From NCBI GenBank assembly GCA_964035545.1, contig OZ037765.1, positions 12,658,698 through 12,722,697 on the forward strand: a DNA stretch of 64,000 nucleotides, written 5' to 3'. This document shows, one piece after another, positions 24,364-36,390 of the stretch. The first letter of the stretch is position 1, and each line of letters begins with the position of its first letter. This DNA comes from Bugula neritina (Eukaryota > Animalia > Bryozoa). The notes beneath the pieces are model-generated. The model had not been told where the DNA came from. It saw only the letters and a list, made by a program, of their open reading frames with translations, and ran no database searches. The translations under genes were made by a program, and so were the position numbers.

Positions 24364-27300
24364 ATGGCTGCCTCAAAAATTGATATGAAAGTTGTCCTCC
24401 TTGGTCAAGAATACGTTGGTAAAACATGCCTGGCACATAGATGTATTCACAATAGATTTGGCTCCGTGGCAAGTTATCAAGCTGTAAGTATCATTAACAT
24501 GTATTGAATATGATTTACCAGGAAGTGGGAATGTTTGTTGCGTCTAAATATCCTTCTATGCTTGATGTCAACAACTGTCAGAGTTGTTTAGGGATAATGC
24601 AGCTTTGAATCATTTAGATCTTTCTGATTGTGGCTGTAATGTTTTAGGACAAAAGATAGTATTTCAGTATACCAGTATGATACATTCTTTAGTTCAGTCA
24701 CAAGTAAATCAGTTATAACAATATCAAATCACGTGCTAGATGAACTTTTGTACTAGGAATATTTTGTAAGTTGAGTGGTGCAGCTGTTTTTGAACCAATT
24801 AGAGCATTTAGAAAGTTCCAAAAAGATGATTTCTTAAGTAATTATAATTATACTTAGTTCATACTATTATATCATTAAGGTAAGGCTTACAGAGTCACTG
24901 TTTTTCTACTCATTAAAGTCACAGTGATGCTATATGTAGCCTTTAAATCAATTGCTCTACTTTTCAATGGTAGCCTATACAATATACAATATACATGATT
25001 GGTTCTGCAGCCATGGCTCTGCATTGGTCTAGGAAGCATTATACATGAAAAAGTGATTTTTGCTTAGCTGTATTTATAGATTTAGACAGTATTTATAAGG
25101 ATCTTTCTGTTTTGCATAAGAGGTCCAGTTGGGGGGAATTATTTATCTCCACCTTGGAGAAACTTGAAAGTTGTTGAAGATTTTCAATTTTGGTCCAGGG
25201 CATAGCTAAGTTCACCTAACTAAAACAAAAGTCTTTCTTATCAAATTAAATAATTAACTTTGCTCACATAACATAACACTATCTTTTCTAGAATGTCCCA
25301 AACACTCTATTTATTCTTTATACCTGCCACTCTGAGTTACTGTGTCCTTTAATAATATCATGCAGGAGTTTTTATAGAACACTTTTGCATATGAAGATAA
25401 TGATAATACAAATTACACTGTATCTACTGAGATTCCAATGTTTATGATAGAATGAATAGTGCCATGTTGTCTCTTTAGTTTTCATTGAACAAACTAAAAT
25501 GGAAGTGAAAAACATTTTAGGAATTTAAATTTTTGTTTAAATACCAATTAAGAAGTTATAATGTAAAGGTTTGCAGTATAATTGTAAGGTTAATGCTGTC
25601 TACACTTTCCTATCAGATAAATAACAAGCTGACATTAATAAACAAGAATTAGATATTGGAAATTTGCTGTAAGTAGTCCTGATTTGGGGTGGCTGAGTGC
25701 TGTAGTTTGGGGTCTCGAGTTTGGAGTTAGGGGTTCAAAGTTCCAACCTAAACTCCCAACTTTAAACTGAAGAACCTCAAACTACTGCACTCAATTACAC
25801 ACAACTTGGGGCTGCTTATAGCAATTATCTAGATAGTGCTGAGACTGGATTATGTAATAATGAACTGTGAGACCACCACCTCACCTCAACCCGTCCCACA
25901 CCACCCCTGAGAAATAAAATCTGTCTCTAGTTTAGCAATAAACACTATGCTATCTTATCGTACACACAACATGGTATGGAAGTAGTTGAGGTCATCATGA
26001 CTGCAACCAATCACTGCAGTCAGCAGCTGAAATCAGTGACTAGTAAACAGACATATTATGGAAATCCGGACTAGCGTAGAGGTTGCGGCAGCTGACTTCA
26101 TAGTTGGGATAAGTTTTAACTTAAAACGACGGTGTGAACTTGCATGTATTTTTACAATGAAGACTTTACCCACAGTCCAAAGATATTGTAATGGACATCA
26201 ACATGGAGGAATTCAGCAACATGTTGCCCTCCATTCTGATACACTGCGTCCACCACCACTGCAATTTGGTTACTTGGGATTTCAACCCATGAAGATTGTA
26301 ATGCTGGGTAAAGCTGGTACTGGGAAGACCAGTATGCTAATAAAATTTTACAATAGGAATTTTAATCTAGAATCTTCAGCTTCGTCTACAGTACGTTTCC
26401 TATACAATGTACTTTATGAAGAATTATATTATGAAAAAAGTTATTTATAGTTTTTCTAATTTAGTTACACAATTTATATATTTAATAAGATTAGTGTTAC
26501 CAAAAATAATATATTATCTGAAAATTGTAAACTACAAATATCTTACAGTGTAGCTGGCTCTTCACTTAGCCTCTAATATATCTTTCTCTCATCTAAGATT
26601 ATTTTAGTTAATAAAATTGATTCAACTTTGGAACCTTGTAGATGTCTTTTAAATTATAAGTTGTTGACTTGCGGTAGTTTGTTTATTAATAAGCTGTGAG
26701 TTAACAACTTTAGGTCTGTCTACGTTTAGAAATTTCCATGAAAAACAACATCATTTTATGTGTCCATCATTCTTTTAAAAATTTGGTAATTAGTTTTACA
26801 CATTCAGAAAATATAGATAAATTCTAGTATATTTTTAATATTCTTTTTAGACCATTGGAGCAGCTTTTGGAGGCAAAAAGGTGACAGTTGATGGCAAATC
26901 AGTACTCATGGGCGTTTGGGTATGTACTCTAGCTCTAGCATTATATTATTAGGCATTTTTATTTAGATTGTGATTATTAAAAAGAGCTAAACTATTGTTT
27001 AGTCACTTTAAAATGTGTTGGCAGTCATCTTTTATATAGGACAGACAACTCTTCATGCTACAATTTACTAATGCCTACTCTGCTTGTAAAATTGTTAGAA
27101 AGCCTAAGTACTGAGTGCAATTTAAAGTACGTTTACTACGGATAATATTCTTGATATTAAATGGTGTTATTGCATCAGCTTGAGTAATTCGAGGTAACTG
27201 GATAAATAAATTTTACTATTAAAAACTTGCTGGAACAAAGATTTATATTCTCCTCAATGCCAATGCTACCATAATAAATGTGAAACTAATAGCTATTTAA

Positions 27301-29367
27301 AGAAAGATGATTGTTTTTCAAACAGTTCTTTAGGATTTATTTGTACTTGCTTAAGTTTTTGAAAAGTTATATTACTATTTTTGAATTTTGTATTTTATTT
27401 ATTCTATTTGTTTGACTATTTTATTTTATAGCAAAGTAGAAAAGTTTGAAATGAAATTTTGTAAGTAAGATGTAATGAAAGCCACCCAAATACTAGGCTG
27501 GGTCTTCGGTTTACTCTTGCATTCTCACATGCTTGTTTCCTGCTTTTATTTTTTTATTTTAGTTCATTTAGTAAAATTTCAGTGAAAGGTATACAAGATA
27601 TTTGATTTGTCTATGGTTAAAATTCCAGTTTTTAGCTTTTCTTCTCCAAAGCATCACTGAGAACCGGAACAGTCTTGACTTGGTGCTCAGCAGTTTTAAT
27701 GTTTGATTCACATAGATGCAAATTTTATGCGAGCACCCAAAACCATGGGGCTATGACTGCTTTATCAGTTTATATTTTGTTCCCTGCTACTGGAGTATCT
27801 TAAATTCTTGCTAACTGCATAGGATTTTTGAGCTGTAATTTGAATTTGTCTCCTCATAAAGTGTATCTAGTAACTTGTTTACATTACAGGATACAGCTGG
27901 TTCAGAGAGATATGCAGCCATGTCTAGAATATATTACAGGTCTGCGAAAGCAGCCATTGTATGCTATGACAGTATGGATCCAGCTAGCTTTGATATAGCT
28001 AAAAATTGGATTAACGAGCTAAAAACAGCTGAAGAGGTACAATTGTCTTGGGGTGGTGTAGCATTATTCATTACTCAACCAAACAATAGCTTTTTTCTAG
28101 TACTAAATGCTTCCTATTTTAACATTTCAGTGCCAAATTATTGAAGGCTTCAAATTTTTAATTTTTAATTCCAGCTATGTTTTGGTTTTCGAAGAAGATT
28201 CTGCTTTCTTGAAGCAATAACTATGTTCATTATATATTACAGCATACCATATATATCATATTTTAACTCACATCATCAAAATTATACTTTTTAGTTTATT
28301 TACAACATCTGTAATATCATTAGTTATTTTTTGTCTAAAATTTAAGAAACTTTGGGATTGTTAACCAGCACCGGAGTAACACATCAATCTGCTCATAAAT
28401 GCGTAAAATCTGTTGCTGGGTTCACTAACTCTATTTTCAGTATAATGTTTGCACATTTTTTTTAGGAATGCAAATTATATTTAGTTTGTACCAAAAAGGA
28501 TTTAATAGATAAAGATCCAAAAGCTAGGAAAGTTGACTATTATGACGCCCAGGACTATGCTACTGCAGTTGATGCCTGCATGTTTGAAACTTCCAGTAAA
28601 ACTGGTGAAAATATATGTGAGTAGTTATGTGAACATATTAAACTTAGCTTTTATTACAAGTATATTGTTATAGTAGAGACAATGTACTTATATTTTATAC
28701 TAGCTTACATTGCGCTTCCATATAAAGTATAATATTATGTTTTCTCTTTTCTGAGAATTATTATTGTCATGGAGTGTTTTGGCATGTCTTTGCATGTTGT
28801 AAGTAACAACATTTTCTTAATCTAATCCAATACTGTGTGGTATTTACTGTAGCTGAGCTGTTTTACAAAATAGCTGAAGATTACTTACAGAGAAAGCATC
28901 AGCAACATTCATCAGGTTAGTTTGCTGTGCTTTGCTAACTAATATATGTTTTGTGCAATAACAGAGTATGCATTATAATATAAAATATACTTATTTATAT
29001 AAACTTAACTCAAGTTCCTTTCTAAGAAGTTTCATTTTGCAACAAGACTTTATAAATGGCCTAGACTTTTGAGTTTTTATTTTGTTTTTTATTTTGATAG
29101 ACTTGATTAGCTTGGGTGTCATTAAAAACTAGATGTTGCAATATATAGTATTGTGTAGTTACTGTATTATGTTTGCTATACTACGCATTAAACAGTCCAA
29201 AATAGGTTAGCAGCAAACTTACTAATAACCTACTGTGAGTCAAAGAACCTGCTGCAAGTGCCTGTGTAAAGTGTCCACCTATACTTTCTGTAGATGTCAT
29301 CCAGTTAACTGAGCACAGAACTCCCAGTAATAAGCCACGCTGTGCTTGCTGGCAGTCATCAAAGTGA
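24364..29367 (+). CDS. RAB24: Ras-related protein Rab-24 (isoform using exon 1A)
   Basis: Exons 24364-24483 ([13 protein letters not shown]), 26851-26919 (TIGAAF...GVW), 27890-28036 ([27 protein letters not shown]), 28466-28616 ([13 protein letters not shown]), 28853-28915 ([10 protein letters not shown]), 29294-29367. DTAGSE with Ser at the catalytic Gln position, EYVGKT and the TKxD G4 box are Rab24 hallmarks. Confidence 0.93.
25667..25821. mobile_element. Second copy of the ctataagcagc MITE
   Basis: ctgtaagtag...gctgcttatag with the same internal gagtttggagtt/gttcaaagttccaa motifs as 21247-21445. Confidence 0.8.
26058..26390 (+). CDS. RAB24: Alternative first coding exon (1B) of Rab24 with its own P-loop
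   Basis: ORF ends [34 protein letters not shown] followed by a phase-0 donor gtacgt, compatible with the exon at 26851. Confidence 0.75.
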
Positions 29368-29664
29368 TGTCCTTTTCTAGTCCACCATTCAGCCGCCTTG
29401 TGATTACTGAAGCATCGCCATTTTACTTATTGAGAAGAAACAGCCCAACAATTCCACATCCTTTGCATTAGTCAAAGTTATTTATACACTACAAGAAAAT
29501 GAATGTTGTTTTTGAAGCATTAAAGGCTATTTGGGAGTTATCATTTATTTTTTATTCATTCTAAAGCAATTATTATTTTTCTAAGCAAGTGCATCGTTGT
29601 ACAAAGTGCATAATTAATTTTCATACACATTCAAAGATGAAATAAAGTTATATTTATATTGCAA

Positions 29665-30105
29665 TTATGTTAATTTTATGAGTATATGTTATGTATGGTT
29701 CTCCAATCAAGCACCTGCTACACACAGTCACTGTCTGTTTCGTGGCAATAAAGGCAATCATACTGGCTTTTAAATATTTATTTATAATTGAAGTTATTAT
29801 GAAGTAATTATTATTGTATTCATGGTTTTTATTGTGTAACTCCATTAATAGCATCAAATAAGGTGTATAAATTTGCTTTGCCTTGTAAATATTATCAGCA
29901 CTATACATGTATATTATGTATTATAATTGGCTATGTACAATTACTATTTAGTCAAAGTTTCTGTATTATCATTTCAATTCTGGTATTTCAGTTAAATAAA
30001 TGATGTCATGTTTCAGTGTTTGCAAATATTTGGCATTAAACTGCTCATTCAAATAAATATTCTAATAACTATTAAGCTCATTAATTTGTACAAACTCTTT
30101 CACCA
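29665..30105 (+). repeat. ~430-bp direct repeat of 42172-42585
   Basis: Shared blocks: taattttatgagta.atgttatgtat, gcaataaaggcaatcatactgg, tttcagttaaataaatg, caaataaatattctaata. Confidence 0.8.
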
Positions 30106-31185
30106 TGTCCAATCGCATTCAATTGAGTCCGAAGGATCCGACAATCAAGTGCCATTGAACCCAGTCGGAGGTCCCGATACCCTCACACTTACATAATTGC
30201 ACAAAAATTACTGTATTTAAACGAAAAATCTGGGAAGATGAATCTAAAATCACTACACTATTATAGAGTCTATAGCTTAGACATGCACAGATTAATCTCC
30301 TATGAATTAACCAACATGTTATTTATTAAGAATAGTAATATTGCAAGCAACTTGATGATACTATTTTACTCAACTAGTCATTCTATATACTGCCAGCTGT
30401 TTTACAGCCATGTATGATATTATAGTTGGTGTTGATAATATCTTTGTTCTATTGCCATTTCCTAGTTTCAACCTACCTGAAATATTAAAAAAGTCTCAAG
30501 ATGGTGCCTGTATTTGTTTTTAGTTAAAAATTAGATATCAGTACTTCAATTGGCTGCTACAACAATCTACTACTGCTTTGTGCCAGTTTTGAATTTTTGG
30601 AATTTATTTGTCCAACATGTTAATCGGTCTTTGTTCTTACTGAAATTTTAGCTGAACGCTTCGGAAAAGGCCAAAACAAAAAAGTTGAATATTTATACTG
30701 TGTCTATTCAATGTGCCTGGAGAAGATACAGGTTGCTGAACTTGCATAAGTTGCAAGTCTAGAATCATAACTGAAGGTTGGTTTGCATCACTCAAGAATG
30801 AGTATTCAGGTGGTACAAAGTCACCTGCTCAACATATTTCTTGATATCGCACTGCATGATTTGTCGTAATCTTAAAGTATAGTTTCACCAGGTAAAAGTT
30901 ATATGTATCAATGATTTTAGAAGATCAAATGATTTACATTTAAAGTTGCTTCTAATATCTTACGTTCAGAATGAATAATATGAAATGCAAACTGGTTTTG
31001 GAATTTATCTCTTTAAATGTTATTGTTAATTTTAAATTTGAATTGTATAGATAGTTTTAAGAAGCTAGTCTAAAATGGTAAACATGGTTGTTTAAACCAC
31101 CTCACAAAATCAAAATTACAATGAACAGCACATTAAGATATCAATGCTAAGATGAACGGTCTCTTTCTGGCAAAAGTTTGTGTAT

Positions 31186-31547
31186 TGTAGTGGAAATATA
31201 TATATTACGTTAGAGTTGTTTTTTCATGCATCGTATTTTATTTTTACTTTTAACATTAATGTAACGCGATTATGTATTTCGATCATATCCGATTGTCGGA
31301 AGGTGCTGATTGTCGGGCTCCGACAATCGAACAGGATAAGAACAAAGACTTTTTCTTGTATAAAAGGAGGCGAGCTGGCAGTGTAGAAGGAGTCTTCTAC
31401 TGGAGCTCGCCGGATCAAGATTACGTTTACCAGCTATATATACTACAATAAAGATTCCTTTACTCAAGCTTGCTACCTCATCTTGTTCTTTCTATACTGG
31501 AGTTATGCTCCCCACTTAAACTGCATTCTACCCACAAAACTACTACA
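31186..31547 (+). mobile_element. Solo LTR, probably Ty3/Gypsy-like
   Basis: Termini TGTAGTGG...CTACTACA, near-TSD gtat/atat, TATA box tataaaagg at ~31359, aataaa at ~31447. It lies in the segment missing from the other arm of the duplication. Confidence 0.7.
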
Positions 31548-32009
31548 ATATTCAATAGGAACAGAAAAATGTTTTTTTAGCATTTGCCAAATCTTATTTA
31601 CAAAATTTTCTGTAGACTATGTGCTTGTAATGTTTAACTCTCTCAACCCATCACAGTACCTAGGTTTTAAAAAACAGAGGATTATAATCAGATGTTTTTG
31701 AATTTAAAAACATACTAGTTTAAAATGTAACAGGTTCTTTTAAACCTGTTGAATTAACAAGACAAGACTTCTGAACAAGTATTTATTCCTTTAGTGAAGT
31801 TACCATTAAACTTAGCTATTTGTTCTTAGTTGTGAAACATTATCTATATCAGAAAAAATTAAAAGAAAATCAATTGGGGGGGGGGGGGCTTCTGAAGTGC
31901 TAACTGGTGGAATTAAAGATCTGGATGCAAATGATGTAGTGTGTGAATATGAGGGAATGCTATCTAGCCCAGATGTAGAAGGTATGAAATCCTGCTAGTT
32001 TACTAGTTA

Positions 32010-32178
32010 AAGTTTTTTTTTGTTAAATTGGGCTAAGGACTTATTCAGATGGGGAACAGGAGCAATTATGACTATATGCTCTTTCTAGCATCACCAATGG
32101 CCTTTGTTGGGGTTCAAACCCATGACTTCATGCTTAATGGGCAAAGGCTCCAACTCCCCAGACCAGGGCTACTTCCTG
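32010..32178 (-). mobile_element. SINE copy duplicated along with the segment (counterpart of 5233-5444), 3' part deleted
   Basis: Same flanks as the 5233 copy in reverse complement. Confidence 0.85.
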
Positions 32179-34092
32179 TTCTCAGTTTAATAACTACTTT
32201 AAGAAATACAATTAATAATTCTTTCTAAATCAAGGGGCAGGTAAAAACATATTCCCCTCTCTTTAGTGTTATTTTCTTGATAAAGTCTCTGGAGTAGTTT
32301 ATTTTATATATGTGTCACTTCAACAAGTAAATTCACTTGCTATCACTTGTAGTATGTCAACGTTAGTTTGGTATCTGAATACAGCTGCTCCGGAAATACC
32401 ATTGACTTCATTATCCACACACTGAAATCTTAATCCTAATAATCTAATGTGATATGTTTATAAACTTATTAAATCACCGACCATGACTAAAGTCCATCAC
32501 AGCCATATTTTATCAGTCTCAAGTTCATTTAAGATATCCAAAACTAGACTTAGTTCAATGTGGTGGGACTCATTTGGAAATTTAATGGTCGTTTATTACT
32601 GTTGCTCAAGAAGTCACATAAAAAATTGATGTATTTTGTTTTAGTGTGATAGACAAGAAATGTTCTATAACCTAATAGTCCACATCTGTTTCAGTGTTAT
32701 TCTAAATTTAGTTGTAGCAGTAAAACAAGGTGTGCATGAGAGGATGGAGTTGCATGACCTCTACAACACACCCCAAGTCTCATTAGTGAGAAAAATCTTT
32801 TCAAAAGATGGCCTGGTTTCTATTCGCCAAACATTTAAGGCAAGTCAGGTTTATGAAATTTTATTAATTTAATGTAGCCATTATCTACATTTCTTGCGTT
32901 TTCAAACTGTCCATTTAGGTATAGAGAGTGTTTAAGCTGATTTGTGCCATCATTAACATAATGCAGCTAATATAAACTATATAGTGTTTTTTTTTTACTT
33001 GTGATGTCCAATGCAGCAATAGTACTCGTAATACAAAATGATGCATATACATTTCTCTATTATACAGGTTAAAGTTCACTTTCATGTTAGAGTTTCATCC
33101 ATACTGAAGAACAGTCACATTGCTCCAGATATGTACATAACTCAGCGTGGTATATTAGACTGCATAGAATAATGATGGTAACTGTAGAATACTGACTGAC
33201 TTGTATTAATCATAATGTATCATTATTATTCACCATCAGCATACACAGAGTATCTTATCTATGTATACATTAAGTTATAAGCCAACAGTATGGTGGTTCA
33301 ATTTCACACCCACACATCAAATGGGTATAGTCAGGGAGTACTTGAACATGGTTCACAGTCATATTTTCTATTTGCGGTTCATATTTGAGTATCGCTATAA
33401 TTTTTCAGCTATTTTTATGCCCTTTGTGGATTAACTATTTTTCTTACTAAACTCTTTTTATCAATATGAAACTTACTTTAAAATAAAATTATATTATGTA
33501 ATGTTTCAACCCCTCAGTGCTACTCGTCAAGACATCATTGTGCAGTTTAAAATTTGGCCATCTACAAAATTTTATGTAGATTGAAAATTTTTAGCTTTAA
33601 AATTGAAACAATTTTATAAGTATTTTTGCAGTCTGATGCAATTCAGTGAATGAATTTTTGTGTCCAATGCCATAAGCTATGCATTTTGCTTAATTATGTT
33701 TTAGTCCTAAAATACCAGTATAGACATTTTCCTTCTGTTATAGTTTCAATAGTTGTAACAGCTACAACAGTTGTCATTCGCATGAACTGCAACATTTTTA
33801 TTTGTTGATATTGGTAATGGTGGAATTTATTCAGGAATAAATCATATTATTTTATTATTACACTATTGGACTTTGTTATAACCATAACAATATTAAAAGT
33901 TGAACTATCAGCAAGGTAGTGATTAGTGAAGTTATATATATATCACTATGGTAATTATAAGACACCTTATCTTTGTTTGCTTCCATCTGAACGGTTAGGT
34001 ATATATGAACAGTGTTATAGTATGGCTAACCATTCACTTGGGTGTGGTTGCAGTTTTCAATAGCTTACCAGTAATTTGTACAACAAGAAAAA

Positions 34093-35545
34093 ATGGAACA
34101 GCTGACATGTTTCATTCTGCTAATTATCTGTTTTGTAGTGGTGAGTATTAATTAGATGTTTTACTAGTATAAGTGATCATGAATAATCTGAGAAAATGTT
34201 TCCATTTGAAAATGAATTTTCTGATGCTTGCACAGTTAAATCCATAAAAATAAGTTTAACACTCCTTTTTTTAAAAAGAAGCTAAGTGTAAATTATTATT
34301 GGGTCTTATATCATGAAATCAGACTTTATTAGCCAGCTTTTGCATGAGTCTAAAAATTTTTTGCTGATTTACTAAAATTTAGTACACCAACTATTTTAGT
34401 CTCCCGCCTCATTGGTGGCTAGCAAAAATTTTATGTGGTATAATTATAGTATAAATTAGTTTGCAATGTTATGGTCAAAATTGCAAGCGAAATAATATGA
34501 AATTGTGCAGTTAAAATAATATATTGCATAGTATTACAATTGTTTTACTGTCATAATAAATAAAATCTTCTTGTTCAGACCATGGCCAATGTTCCTAATA
34601 AAAAAATTTATTACTAGCTTTGAGGCATATGATTGTGTAACTTAGGAGTAATAATAAACTTATGACAGGAAAATAAGCATGGAGTAAATTGATGCGATGT
34701 TCACCTGATTCTACAGCAAACTTACTAGCCTGTGTATCCTGAACACCAAAGTAACCAACATAGCATGTATGTTTCATTATGCAGGCACATGGTCAAGGAT
34801 CAACTACTCTGAAACCTTGCAACCCAAAATTCTCGGATTCAGCTACCTGCAATATGGACCCACTCTCTTGTTCAAAACCGGAAAGATTACCATACTGTCA
34901 AAGGTATTGTGGCCTGTGCTCAGAAACAGTGACGTCTCCTAAACTCACAACTGTCGTTACTGTGGAAAATTGTGTTGACGTTTCTCCATTATGTCTATTC
35001 AGGAAAAATGAGTGTGTAAGTGACGTTAATGTTCAGAAGGTGTGTAAAAAATCTTGTGGTCTTTGTACCGAACCAACTACAGCAAAACCGACTACAGTTG
35101 AGCCAACTACAATAGGTAATAATCATATAAATGATATGAATCCACTCTCTTGTTCAAACCCGAAAAAAATGCAATACTGTCAAAAGTATATTGTGGCTTG
35201 TGCTCAGAAAAAGCAAAATCACCCAAACCTCAAACCCCAAATTCCAAACCTCGAACTTCACATGGTCAAGTACTAACTACTTTGAAACCTTGCAACCCGA
35301 AAATTCCCGATTCAGCTACTTGTGTTATGAACCCACCCTCTTGTTAAAAACCAGAAAAAATATCATATTGCCAAAGATATTGTGGCCTGTGCTCAGAAAC
35401 AGTGATGTCCTCTAGACTCACAACTGTCGTTAGTGTTGAAAAATGTGTTGGCATCGCTCCGTTGTGTACATTGTTGAAAAATGAGTGTGAAAGTAACTCT
35501 GTTGTTTAGAAAGAGTGTAAAAAGTTTTGCGGTCTTTGTTGCTAA
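34093..35545 (+). pseudogene. Paralogous ShKT gene: signal exon, two intact ShKT modules, then three decayed modules; either a short secreted protein or a pseudogene
   Basis: Exon 34093-34140 MEQLTCFILLIICFVV; exon from 34785; frameshift near 35188; in the downstream frame TAA (35345) and TAG (~35507) replace Ser and Gln codons; that frame ends CKKFCGLCC*. Confidence 0.75.
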
Positions 35546-36390
35546 TTGCCAGGAAATTGCAAAAGTTGGCGAGAAGGTTTTGATTTGAACAGCTGTTCCA
35601 TTACTGCCTATCATAGCATACCTTAATTCTTCTATACCTTTGAAGTTGGTTTCTGGAAAAGTCACAGAAAAAATCTACCCTGTATGAAAAATATAAACTG
35701 TCGGTCACAATAATTTTGTGAGGAATGTATCAACATGCAAACCAAATGTAGGAACAATTTTCAGTTCTTGAAACTCTGCTATTCAGTCAAAGATAACAGT
35801 TGAGTTTTAGGAGTGATGAATGTTTGAAGCATGGCAGTCTGTGGTCAATTATTGTTCAATAGCATTCACGAAAGCACAATATTAGGTTTATAAAATTCTT
35901 ATACATAATGTAAGATTAGTTTAATATTTTGAATATATATGTAGGTGTTAAGAGCCTACCACAATCAGACTTTAATAGGGTCTGAAATTACAGAGCAATT
36001 TTAATGGAATTGAAAGCAGGAAATTATGATTTTGTGAGTTATTTTTATCATAAATTGACTAGTTATAGCAATGCTTTATGCGTTTAGCAGAGAAATTTTC
36101 ATTGGAATCATGGTTCCATTGCCATATTTTTTGATGTGATAGCAAAAATGTTGCCTAAAATTAGATTGAAGATATTTTTATCACAGCAATACATGCTTAG
36201 GTAACCCTTTGCTTAAATATGTTAGGTCTGAGATAGTTAAACTGCTCAGACTTATAGGATAATATCTGGACTTGTGTTTCTGGTTCACTAAGGGCGCTTT
36301 TGGATCATCAGTTTTCGGATCGTTAGTTAGATCATCTGTAAACATATGGCTCAAACTTAGCTTTTTAATTTTTTTTAGCATTTCCTACAG

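Larger units (their letters stand above)
30257..33172 (+). pseudogene. Partial MYO19 duplicate (3' exons only)
   Basis: The first three duplicated exons carry indels (deletion in the IQ exon, poly-G expansion at ~31876). The last two (32712-32839, 33068-33172) have intact frames and splice sites. Confidence 0.8.
30257..35110 (+). repeat. Inverted segmental duplication of ~2334-6567 (MYO19 last five exons, intergenic DNA, ShKT gene exons 1-2), interrupted at ~30830-31780
   Basis: Direct reverse-complement matches; for example ORF 32660-32872 mirrors 4521-4733 and ORF 34779 mirrors 1802-2641. Confidence 0.95.
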
